Shown here: in pieces, positions 54,401 through 62,295 of the stretch | How the letters are laid out: every line of letters starts with the position of its first letter | Position numbering within the stretch: the stretch's first letter is position 1 | From: a virus | Taxonomy: Duplodnaviria; Caudoviricetes | Virus record (IMG/VR): IMGVR_UViG_3300025875_000014 | Coordinates: 3,840 to 67,839 of that record | DNA length: 64,000 bases | Strand: one strand, 5' to 3' | The notes under the pieces: generated by a model | The model's input: the letters and a program-made list of their open reading frames with translations, nothing else | Told to the model about the DNA's origin: nothing | Database searches by the model: none | Made by a program: the position numbers and the translations under genes

Positions 54401-54862
54401 GCGGACATCGCTGGTCCCACGGCGGGTACGACGATCGCGAACCTGTCGCAGTTTCAGACGCGACTCGAGACTGGCGCATACATCGTCGAGGCGGCGCTGT
54501 TCTACCAGCAGTCAGTGATCTCGGCGGGTGCACTGCGGTTCGGTCTCGGCGGGCCGGGTGCTGCGGGTGCGTCGATCACGAACGTCCTCGTTGACCAGAA
54601 CACGTCGGTCACGGCCAAGTCGGCTGGGTTCGTCAGCGTTCTCGGGTCGGCTGGGAATGCGGTCGTGACGACCGCTGGCTCGGCGAATGTTTTCGGACTC
54701 TCTGCTGGTACGGCTGCGACGACGCTGCCGATCCTCGTGAAGGGACGCATCCTCGTCACCAGTGCTGGCACGCTCGGCCTCATGTGGGGGCAGTCGAACG
54801 GTGCGACGTCCGCGGCCACGCTGAAGGCCGGGTCGTACATCACGTTCACGAAGGTGTCCTGA
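51446..54862 (+). CDS. tail spike/fibre with putative right-handed beta-helix (depolymerase)
   Basis: DHGALSGLGDDDHPQY fibre motif; long Gly/Asn/Thr-rich beta-helix-like central region (FDTHAG). Confidence 0.7.
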   Translation: MARNLYSPIFVQLAGTALPAPNLPFTVWTDLTTGTNVTAQLVIPDGTAAYSAVTDSQGNIAPFRGPDDYVGNLFVDTGASYRFQLDSPTLLDYLVTNAQSGGANGVTDHGALSGLGDDDHPQYHTDARGDLRYYTRAQSDGNVSSAVSASSAEDRKRSNHSGTQLASSISDFTPAVQAVPGFGGGTTSVADGSVTDAKVVAGRSLIGSTAGWEALQDHLGTTFLQGGSYDDAAGTWTPIAGGGGGGSNSGVDVYAYGFRTTNTRDQNGTALLSAVGAAGKRPVYCSVPGRYPLAVTFANEDINLDLSSVTLIHPQVAGDMKPVITVERSFSTPQAVGPTRVVEWGPRLTGGVSWSAKYTAIDLTSGGYSAYKGGDLIHISSGDVYPWAWTAIKAPLTQTTGLVYQAEFLPVLGIGMLVVATTNGGPREQMMVQGSLSGATGLIQSDLVGNGNGGITATQAHITFAAVSGDFQDGDVLTRTTGGNPDGGAGTFAAVGQAVGTVSGAPMLLINKLLDYQYGVVSAAQASPGTQKPLQTNTTVRVRRVDRTRVCNIRANFDIDGVAGDQDKYVTDASRIDMMKLRGVFMPNVDARVHNSWTRSIVVTSCFQGRFRAMFDGLPNHAYLDQEGFGYGFECKSASNGNVFEYVGRNLRHSFTTNPNQRTFSTGDASHIDYGTPMDNTVQNSVGFATYTNTFDTHAGDLRTRFVNCIAVGGGSGGRYNSDGGAQFASRGFATEWVNCKSVNSVEGIDYLGGEHDPGIDHTVIVKDAHVLGFQARGFFATDAITDHCSIVIDGGRFIGDGSPTGQQYTHEAIALGKGIKLTIKGEVEVGGFNGFPIRMREAGTAGIQSELDIISMLIDYRGTTTSNAQGIRVDGTLARANYEGITLRLASGSIPGGLITNRGGSTVHNIGRVVPFGLAGRTLPVLQTASQAGTPTQTVLTDLVGSGGGSGSGTGSGTQVTVDGVPVSTFDVSSTPVVQTLTIGADIAGPTAGTTIANLSQFQTRLETGAYIVEAALFYQQSVISAGALRFGLGGPGAAGASITNVLVDQNTSVTAKSAGFVSVLGSAGNAVVTTAGSANVFGLSAGTAATTLPILVKGRILVTSAGTLGLMWGQSNGATSAATLKAGSYITFTKVS

Positions 54863-57800
54863 TGCCGGGTCGCGTCCTGTTCGTCCCTGGTCGTGGTGTC
54901 GTCGACATCCTCGACGGCGGCTGGACGGAGAGGGACGCTGCAGCGCCGCCCACATCCGGCGGCGGAGTGGTCGTACTGTCGTCGACTCTTGATGCTGCGA
55001 CGGTGGCGAATCCGATCAGCCTCACCGACATGCGGACGTTCATCGGCGCCAACTACGGCGGTGCCACGAACTACCAGTACACGTCGGTCGTCTCCACGAT
55101 CGGTACGGGTGGCACGACGTCGAAGGTGCTGAACCAGTACATGCGCGCTGGTACGTGGGGGATGCCCGGCGGTACCGGTAACGGCACCGGCATCGCGCTC
55201 ACCTCGACGCCGCTCAAGGGCGGTGCGGTTGACGAGGCGTCGATCGAGTTCGACATCCGGTTCGTCGGGTCGGGCCAGTGGGATCTCGGCGGGAAGATCC
55301 CCGGGCTCGGTGGTCTGCTCCCCGGTCAGAGCGGTGGCATCCCTACCGGTGGCACGCCGTCGATCTACGGCTGGTCCGGGCGCAGCATGTTCCGCCGCAA
55401 CAACGCGGCCCCCACGGTTTCCGCGAACTGGGTCGGCTACATGTACGACCCGACGCAGCCCGCGAACCAATACGGGCAGGACCGTGCGACCGGGCAGCTC
55501 TTCACCTGGGGCACGTGGGTCCACGTCAAGCAGGCGTACAAGATGAACACGGTCACCACGGAGGGTTCGACTAACCCCCCGGCAGACGGCGTGCACCGCA
55601 TGTGGTTCAACGGGAATCTCGTCTACGAGAACACGTCGCAGGTGTTCCGCTACTACAAGGCCGCGAACATCACCGGCATAGTGTGGGACAACTTCTGCGG
55701 CGGCAACGACGTCTCGTTCGCCGTCCCGAACGACTTCAACATCCAGTTCGACAACCTCGTCATCACGACCGGTGCGGGAAGCAGCGACGTGGGCGGCTCC
55801 GTACCCGTCGGTGACACGACCGCACCGACGACGCCCACCAACGTCGTTGCATCGAACATCACGAGCAGCGGCTTCGACCTCGCCTGGGGAGCCTCAAGTG
55901 ATGCCGTCGGGGTCACGTCGTACAGCATCCAGCTCAACGGCTCCACCTACACGACGAGCCCCACGAACAGCGCGACCCTAGACGGCCTGACGAACGGCAC
56001 GGCCTACTCGGTGCGGGTGACGGCTCGGGATGCGGCGGGGAACTTCTCAGGCCTGTCGACGGCTGTCACGGTGACGACGGCTGCAGCGTCAGCCGCTACG
56101 GGCACGCCGCTGCCGTTGTGGGCTGCGCCGGTCGGCGTCAACTCGTACGTCGCCGCGAACCCTGACCTCCAGGTCATCTCCGACGTCCCCCACGCCGCGT
56201 GGGTTGGGGACTGGATGTCGACGTCAACTGTGCAGAACACCGTGTCGGGATATCGGACGTCTGCAGCGGGGACGACCATCGCCTTGTGCGTGTACGCCAT
56301 CCCGGGCCGCGACTCCGGGGGCTACTCCGCCGGAGGGTTCCCAGACCGGGCGTCGTACCTGGCGTGGGTGACGAACGTGAAGAACGGCATGGCGAACGCA
56401 CCATTCCTTGTCGTGTACGAGCCGGACGCGCTCGGACTCGCCCGCAACCTGAGTCAGACGGTGAAGGACGAGCGCATCGAAACGATGCGTCAGGCCGTGA
56501 ACATCCTAAAGGTCGGTGCTGCGACGGAGGTGTACGTCGACGCGTCGATGTGGGTCCCGGCGGCGGAGCAGGCAACGCTGCTGCAGGCGGCCGGTGTCTC
56601 CGTGTGCCACGGGTTCTCGATCAACGTGTCGAACTTCAACGACCAGGCCACGTGCTACGCATACGGCAACGCTGTCGTGTCCGCGCTGAACGGATTAGGG
56701 ATCACGGGGAAGAAGTTCGTCGTCGACTCGAGCCGTAACGGCAACGGGTCGTTGACGACAAGTTTTCCCGGGTCGGCGCCGTGGTTCAACACGTCTCAGA
56801 CGTGGTGCAACCCGCCCGGACGTGGCCTCGGGTTGACCCCGCAGGTTCCGGCTGACCAGCCGGACTGTCGGGCGACGCTGTGGGTGAAGGACCCTGGCGG
56901 TTCGGACGGAACGTTCCCGACGGCCGCCCAGTCCACCTATTTCGGGGAGAACGCTCCGGCTGCGGGCAGTTTCTGGGTGAAGTACGCCCGCGACATGATC
57001 GCCAACACCAGCACTCCGAGGCCATATTTTCAGCAGGCTGACTGGCTATGGCAGGCGCTGCCTCCGAACCCGGTCCTCGATGCAAACTCGTCAACGTGGG
57101 TCGGCTACCTGTCGGAGGCCGGGAAGCAGCGCGGCCTGGCGCTCGTCGACTACTCGACCGCACTCAGCCAGGCGACCGCATCCACTCCGCGCTACGACAT
57201 CACGTTCGCCAACGTGCCCGCGTGGGGGCCGGACCCGTTCCCCGACAACATGCCCGTCCCGAACGGGCAGATCGTCCCCCCGGGCACAGACGGTCACGTT
57301 GCTGTCGCGGACCCGACGACGAACCGCGTCTACTCGCTGTGGCAGGCGACGCCCACGCCGAACCCCCGCAGCGCCACCTACGGCGGACTGGCCGCGCTCA
57401 ACGGCAACGGTATCGAGACGGCGGGCTCAAGCACGGCGGGCAACCTGTCCCGCTATGCCGCCGTGATCCGAGCTGCCGACCTCACCGCAGCAGCGGCGGC
57501 AGGCACGGGGCTTCCCTATGCGCTGTTCTGCTCGTCCGACGTCGTGGGCACCTCGTTCCGCGCGCCGTCCACCAAGGCTGACGCGACCGCCAACAACGCC
57601 AACGTGGCAACCCCGATCCCGAACGGGGCGCGGATCTTCCTCGACCCGACGATCAACGTGGACGCCATCCCCAGCATCACCGCCGGCGAGAAGGTCATCG
57701 CTCGGACGCTCCAGCAGCGGGGCGCATACCTGGCCGACAAGGGCGGGTCGCGGCTCGGGTTCATCTGCGAACTTCAGCCGGACGGCGTCTCCGGTGGCAC

Positions 57801-57906
57801 ACCAGGCGCGGCGTACACGGCCCTCGGCTGGAACTGGGACTACTTCAACATGACTCATATCCCGTGGGGATCACTCCGCGTGACTGCTAACTCGAGCGGC
57901 ACCTGA
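54862..57906 (+). CDS. multidomain virion CAZyme: jelly-roll polysaccharide-lyase-like + Fn3 + GH6 cellulase + unknown C-terminal domain
   Basis: GGKIPGLGG/WSGRSMF (lyase-like); DTTAPTTPTN...Y.VRVTARDAAGN (Fn3); YAIPGRD, YEPDAL, SINVSNF, VDSSRNG, WCNPPGRGLG, WVKDPGGSDG (GH6). Confidence 0.85.
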   Translation: MPGRVLFVPGRGVVDILDGGWTERDAAAPPTSGGGVVVLSSTLDAATVANPISLTDMRTFIGANYGGATNYQYTSVVSTIGTGGTTSKVLNQYMRAGTWGMPGGTGNGTGIALTSTPLKGGAVDEASIEFDIRFVGSGQWDLGGKIPGLGGLLPGQSGGIPTGGTPSIYGWSGRSMFRRNNAAPTVSANWVGYMYDPTQPANQYGQDRATGQLFTWGTWVHVKQAYKMNTVTTEGSTNPPADGVHRMWFNGNLVYENTSQVFRYYKAANITGIVWDNFCGGNDVSFAVPNDFNIQFDNLVITTGAGSSDVGGSVPVGDTTAPTTPTNVVASNITSSGFDLAWGASSDAVGVTSYSIQLNGSTYTTSPTNSATLDGLTNGTAYSVRVTARDAAGNFSGLSTAVTVTTAAASAATGTPLPLWAAPVGVNSYVAANPDLQVISDVPHAAWVGDWMSTSTVQNTVSGYRTSAAGTTIALCVYAIPGRDSGGYSAGGFPDRASYLAWVTNVKNGMANAPFLVVYEPDALGLARNLSQTVKDERIETMRQAVNILKVGAATEVYVDASMWVPAAEQATLLQAAGVSVCHGFSINVSNFNDQATCYAYGNAVVSALNGLGITGKKFVVDSSRNGNGSLTTSFPGSAPWFNTSQTWCNPPGRGLGLTPQVPADQPDCRATLWVKDPGGSDGTFPTAAQSTYFGENAPAAGSFWVKYARDMIANTSTPRPYFQQADWLWQALPPNPVLDANSSTWVGYLSEAGKQRGLALVDYSTALSQATASTPRYDITFANVPAWGPDPFPDNMPVPNGQIVPPGTDGHVAVADPTTNRVYSLWQATPTPNPRSATYGGLAALNGNGIETAGSSTAGNLSRYAAVIRAADLTAAAAAGTGLPYALFCSSDVVGTSFRAPSTKADATANNANVATPIPNGARIFLDPTINVDAIPSITAGEKVIARTLQQRGAYLADKGGSRLGFICELQPDGVSGGTPGAAYTALGWNWDYFNMTHIPWGSLRVTANSSGT

Positions 57907-58409
57907 TGGCCCCGCACCGGCTGAAGTCGAGGCTTGATCTGCGCAAGGAAGCAGCGGGGTTCACCCCGCCAACGTTCCGGTTCTGGCTCATCGCCCGCAC
58001 CCCCACTGTCCTCATCGACAACCTCCTCGAAGTGCTCGCGGCGATCGTTGGCCTGATCCTCGGCCCAGCGTTCATGACGGGATTCGTCGCCACCCCCGTG
58101 TCGAACCAGATCTCCGTACCTGTGACGATGGCGTTGAGCTGGGTCCTCATCATCGGAGGGGTCGTCGTATTCATCGGACTCCTCATCATGAAGTACGGGA
58201 CGACAGTTCCGGCGGGGATGTTCATGCTCGCCGGCGGCTTCCTCTGCTATGGGGTGGCGGTCATGGCGTACGCGGAACTTCGGGTCGGCTTGGTGACGCT
58301 GGTCCTCCTCGTCGGCCTCGCGGCCCTCACCGCATGGAAGGGTTTCCTGTTGCGGTCTACATTCCTGCTCGTCTCTGCCCGGCCGGTTCCTACGGACCAC
58401 AAGGGCTGA
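57906..58409 (+). CDS. 4-TM membrane protein (possible holin-associated)
   Basis: four hydrophobic segments. Confidence 0.65.
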   Translation: MAPHRLKSRLDLRKEAAGFTPPTFRFWLIARTPTVLIDNLLEVLAAIVGLILGPAFMTGFVATPVSNQISVPVTMALSWVLIIGGVVVFIGLLIMKYGTTVPAGMFMLAGGFLCYGVAVMAYAELRVGLVTLVLLVGLAALTAWKGFLLRSTFLLVSARPVPTDHKG

Positions 58410-58413
58410 GCGG

Positions 58414-58827
58414 GTGGACGTCACCGCAATCCTGCTCGTCATACTCGGGATCCCCAGCACCGGAGGTCTGTTTGTTGCAGCCAGAGCGGCTATCCGTTGG
58501 CTCAGCAAGGGCCGCAAGGGCCGACGGGCTGAGGTTGAGTCGAGGCGCATCCACGACGACGTAGCCGCAGCCAATGCGAGCGTGCTTGTTGTCGCTCAGT
58601 CGCAGCAGCAGCTCGTCGCCGACAACGCTCGCCTTCGGGTCCAGCTAGCCGAGTCCGACGCCCGTCATGCGGCAGAGCGCGCGGAGTGGATGGCCGACAA
58701 GGCTCAGATGCGCGCCGAGATCGACGACATGGAGATCCGCCTGCGCACGGCGATGGACCGCCTCAACGAGGCCCTCGCCGAAGTCCACGAATGGCGACGC
58801 AAGCACGGATCGGACACCGCAACGTGA
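58414..58827 (+). CDS. membrane-anchored coiled-coil protein
   Basis: N-terminal TM then heptad-rich helix; common in actinophage lysis regions. Confidence 0.65.
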   Translation: MDVTAILLVILGIPSTGGLFVAARAAIRWLSKGRKGRRAEVESRRIHDDVAAANASVLVVAQSQQQLVADNARLRVQLAESDARHAAERAEWMADKAQMRAEIDDMEIRLRTAMDRLNEALAEVHEWRRKHGSDTAT

Positions 58828-59165
58828 GTGCTCGTACATGGCAGGTGTGGGCTCACGTCCAGGAGTGGATCGACGGCGACACCTGGAAGGGCTACGTCGA
58901 CCTCGGCTGCCACGTGTACCTAGGTACCAGCGACAGGCCCATCCGCTTCCGGTGCAGCCTGATCAACGCACCAGAGAAGAGCGCGGGCGCGGCGGGTGCA
59001 GAGTCGACTGCCTACGCCCGTTCACTGGTACCGCCCGGTGACTACCCGGCCACATCTACGGGGCTCGATAACTACGGTAGGCCGCTCGTGGACCTGCATC
59101 TACCCGACGGGCGCTTGTTCAGCCGCGCGATGCTAGACGCTGGATTTGCAGTCCTTTACCGCTAG
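58824..59165 (+). CDS. thermonuclease (SNase)-like protein
   Basis: WIDGDT, INAPE, DNYGRPL, MLDAGFA. Confidence 0.8.
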   Translation: MSARTWQVWAHVQEWIDGDTWKGYVDLGCHVYLGTSDRPIRFRCSLINAPEKSAGAAGAESTAYARSLVPPGDYPATSTGLDNYGRPLVDLHLPDGRLFSRAMLDAGFAVLYR

Positions 59166-59172
59166 GAGCACA

Positions 59173-59985
59173 GTGCCTCAGTACCCGCTAGGTCGCCTGA
59201 AGCAGCACGATGAGCGCTCTCGTGCGTTCGCCTACCGTGCCGCCGCACCCGCCGTCCTCAGGTCGGTCCGCCACACGTCGCACATCGGCATCCTCGACCA
59301 AGGGGACGTCGGCTCCTGCACCGGTAACGCCACCGTCGGAGCGCTCGGCTACGACCCCTACTTCTCAACCGTCAACGGCACCTCGCTGGACGAAGACCTC
59401 GCCGTCAAGGTCTACAGCCTCGCCACGACACTCGACCCGTTCACCGGCACCTACCTACCGGACGACACCGGATCGTCAGGACTGGCAGCAGCGAAGGCAG
59501 CGCAACAGCTCGGGCTCATCTCTGGATATCAGCACGCGTTCAACCTTGCCGCTGCACTTACCGCGCTACAGGCTGGGCCAGTCATCACCGGAATCACTTG
59601 GTACGAGTCCTTCTTCACGCCCAGTAGCAGCGGACTCGTCAATATCCAGACCGGCGACAAGCCAGCAGGCGGACACGAGGTCTGCGTAGACGGCTACGAC
59701 GACGCCGAGCAGCTCGTGTGGTTCCGCAATTCGTGGTCGGACTCGTGGGGTGTCGGTGGCCGGTTCTGCATGCCCGTAACGACGTGGGCGCAACTCCTGT
59801 CCGACGACGGCGACGCGACGATCCTGACGCCGCTCACGCTGCCCGCGCCCGTCCCCAACATCACCCCCGACGCCATCCTCATTCGAGCGATGGACCCGTG
59901 GGCGTCAGGTACCTTCGCCACCTACACGAAAGCAGGCAAGGCCGCATCCGCCTTCCGTACGTGGCGCGCAAGTAAGGGGATCTAG
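59173..59985 (+). CDS. papain-like (C1A) cysteine peptidase
   Basis: DQGDVGSCTG (Gln, Cys), GGHEV (His), FRNSWSDSWG (Asn). Confidence 0.88.
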   Translation: MPQYPLGRLKQHDERSRAFAYRAAAPAVLRSVRHTSHIGILDQGDVGSCTGNATVGALGYDPYFSTVNGTSLDEDLAVKVYSLATTLDPFTGTYLPDDTGSSGLAAAKAAQQLGLISGYQHAFNLAAALTALQAGPVITGITWYESFFTPSSSGLVNIQTGDKPAGGHEVCVDGYDDAEQLVWFRNSWSDSWGVGGRFCMPVTTWAQLLSDDGDATILTPLTLPAPVPNITPDAILIRAMDPWASGTFATYTKAGKAASAFRTWRASKGI

Positions 59986-60002
59986 GTGGTCATTTTCTCT
60001 CA

Positions 60003-60290
60003 CTACTCCCCCTGCCCTTCCTTGAGTCGCCGCAACTCGGCCTCAGCCGCTAGTGCCCGGGCATCCTCGGCGTCGTTGACGATCTTGTACGCGACGCACT
60101 GACCAAACGCGTCGTAGACACGCTCAAGGTGATGCGGCTCTTTGAACGCAAATCGGCGGACGCTCCAGCCGAGCCCTGACGTCTTCTCGCTCATCGTCCC
60201 TCCAACTGCTCGGTGTAGGTCCACCAGAAAGATCATGTCGGCATCAGCCTCCCAGAGGTGGGATTCCTCAAGCGATTCCGCTGGAGTCAC
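60003..60290 (-). CDS. hypothetical protein
   Basis: coupled reverse cassette. Confidence 0.55.
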   Translation of the reverse strand: MTPAESLEESHLWEADADMIFLVDLHRAVGGTMSEKTSGLGWSVRRFAFKEPHHLERVYDAFGQCVAYKIVNDAEDARALAAEAELRRLKEGQGE

Positions 60291-60499
60291 TTGTTCGCCA
60301 TCCAGTCTTCGTAATCTTCGTAGTCTGACTCATTCAACGTCCCCAGACCGAGTGCACGACGTGTCCTGCAGGGCCAACAGGGGTCCGACTCTCCAAGGAC
60401 GTAGCACTCCGGCTTGAAGTTCATGTCAGCGCACTTGCGGCAGTCTGGTATCCCCCTGTCCGCTTCTTGCTTCCAGATCTGACTCGTGTAGTCAGTCAC
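60287..60499 (-). CDS. Cys-rich hypothetical protein
   Basis: CRKC...C...CWPC. Confidence 0.6.
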   Translation of the reverse strand: MTDYTSQIWKQEADRGIPDCRKCADMNFKPECYVLGESDPCWPCRTRRALGLGTLNESDYEDYEDWMANK

Positions 60500-60710
60500 G
60501 TCGCGAGTTCCTCTCCATCCACTTTGGCTTATCCCAGGGCCGATCTGGCATCGCTATGGCACCACAGGCGCACCTGACCACCTGCAAGTGCAGCCCGAGC
60601 CAACCCTCTGACTGCGCGCGGCACCGGTGCAGGTAAAATGGGCGTGGTGCATCCATCCAAGACACGCCGTCTTTGTGAACAAGCTCAAGGGTTTCTTGCC
60701 AGTTGCTCAT
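60492..60710 (-). CDS. hypothetical protein
   Basis: HRC...RCACGA...W.ERN motif. Confidence 0.6.
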   Translation of the reverse strand: MSNWQETLELVHKDGVSWMDAPRPFYLHRCRAQSEGWLGLHLQVVRCACGAIAMPDRPWDKPKWMERNSRRD

Positions 60711-60844
60711 CGGCTGTACCTCTCTAGGAACTTTCTAACCGCCTCACTGACGGTCTCGCCCTTCTCGTCGGCCTTCAGCAGCGCCGCATCCCACACTGCG
60801 TCACCGACGCGGACCACCCGGTTCTTCATCGGCTCTCGGGGCAT
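60707..60844 (-). CDS. ribbon-helix-helix protein
   Basis: MPREPMKNRVVRVGDAVWDAALLKADEKGETVSEAVRKFLERY; TACTCT-N6-ATG; not in ORF track. Confidence 0.8.
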   Translation of the reverse strand: MPREPMKNRVVRVGDAVWDAALLKADEKGETVSEAVRKFLERYSR

Positions 60845-60862
60845 GTCCTCAGAGTAGCGTAC

Positions 60863-60883
60863 GCATAGGCATCTGCATAGGCA
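60863..60883. promoter_or_regulatory. GCATAGGCA direct repeat, putative RHH operator
   Basis: copies at 60863 and 60875 (12-bp period) between divergent RHH and endolysin starts. Confidence 0.5.
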
Positions 60884-60899
60884 CTACATCGGAGGCTTC

Positions 60900-62291
60900 G
60901 TGGTCATCCTCGCCGTACCCCGCACAGCCGGCGCGCCCTCAGGTCTGACGGGCGCACACATCACCGCTGCCCTCAAGGCCGCCGGTGCGGGCTCTGGGCT
61001 CGTCATGCCCGCCAGTCAGATCGCCGTCGCGTTCAACGATGCGATCAGCAAATATGGCGGCGGCCTGTTCACCACCATCAACTCCTACGCGGCGCTCGTC
61101 TCCGAGTGCATGATGGAGTCTGCCTACTTCCGCACCACCGCCGAGTACGCGACCACTGGCCCTTACCAGCCGTACAAGGGGCGCACGTTCATCCAGATCA
61201 CCTGGAAGGACAACTACGCCGCGTTCGGCAAATGGTGCTTGTCCGTCGGCCTCGTCACTGATGCGGACTACTTCGTGAAGAACCCGACCAAGCTCGCCGA
61301 CCTCAAGTGGGCTGCGATCGGCGGCGTCTGGTACTTCACCAAGGTCCTGAAGAAAGACAAGCAGGGCAACCTGCACCCGATCGTCTGGTGGGCCGACGAC
61401 CCGCTCGCCATCGGTCGCGCCGTCAACATGGGCAACCCGTACAGCACTGCCACGCCCAACGGTCAGAAGGCACGCGACGCCGCCTACGTTGCCGTCGTCA
61501 AAGCGCTCACCGCAACCCCACAGGAGCCAGACGTGTCAGTCGCTTTCCGTGGTGGCCGCACCTGTTCGTGCGTCGCCACCAGCCTCCCCCTCGTCGAGAG
61601 GGACATGATCAGACGAGGCTTGATCAAGTACAACATCGACGTCTACCAACTCGGCTACCGCAACGACGTCAGCGCCTCTGCCGGCACGCATGCGGGTGGA
61701 GGGAACACCGACGTCGCCCAGTTCTCCGACGCGCAGATCGACGTGTGGCGGCTCTGGGGCTGGACTATCCAGCACCGCACCAAAGCCCAGGGGTTCGACA
61801 TGGACCACGGGCACGGCTGGCCGCTCGGCTGCGACCACCTGTCCGCTGGTGGTCGTGCGCAGGCCACGCAGTGGGCGAACCGTCAGAACGGACTCGCCAG
61901 CAAGGGACGCGTCGAAGGCCGCTGGCCGATCGACGACTGGAAGACCGCCATGAAGAAGCGGCAGGCGGAACAGCAGGCACGCGACGACGCGGCAGCCGAA
62001 GCCGAACGACAGAAGGAGCTTGAGTTGCCCACGACCAAAGAGGTTGGCGACTACCTCGCCACGAACGACAAGTTCCTCGACGCGATCGCCAAGAAGGTCG
62101 CCGAGGCAGTGTGGAACGCCGACGTCATCCCGAACGCTGGCGTCCTTACGTCGAACGTCGACAACGTGAACGTCTCCCCGAAGACGGCACTGACGCAGAT
62201 CGGCAAGAAGATCAACGACGCGAACGCCGACCTGGACGCTCTGTCCGCCCGGTTTCCCAATCCCAGCCCCGAGCCCCCTCCCGCCGCTTGA
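60900..62291 (+). CDS. endolysin: GH19-like glycosidase + M15-like Zn peptidase + C-terminal domain
   Basis: ECMMES...EY, YKGRTFIQITWKDNY (GH19); SASAGTHAGGGNTD...H (M15-like). Confidence 0.85.
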   Translation: MVILAVPRTAGAPSGLTGAHITAALKAAGAGSGLVMPASQIAVAFNDAISKYGGGLFTTINSYAALVSECMMESAYFRTTAEYATTGPYQPYKGRTFIQITWKDNYAAFGKWCLSVGLVTDADYFVKNPTKLADLKWAAIGGVWYFTKVLKKDKQGNLHPIVWWADDPLAIGRAVNMGNPYSTATPNGQKARDAAYVAVVKALTATPQEPDVSVAFRGGRTCSCVATSLPLVERDMIRRGLIKYNIDVYQLGYRNDVSASAGTHAGGGNTDVAQFSDAQIDVWRLWGWTIQHRTKAQGFDMDHGHGWPLGCDHLSAGGRAQATQWANRQNGLASKGRVEGRWPIDDWKTAMKKRQAEQQARDDAAAEAERQKELELPTTKEVGDYLATNDKFLDAIAKKVAEAVWNADVIPNAGVLTSNVDNVNVSPKTALTQIGKKINDANADLDALSARFPNPSPEPPPAA

Positions 62292-62295
62292 GCCG

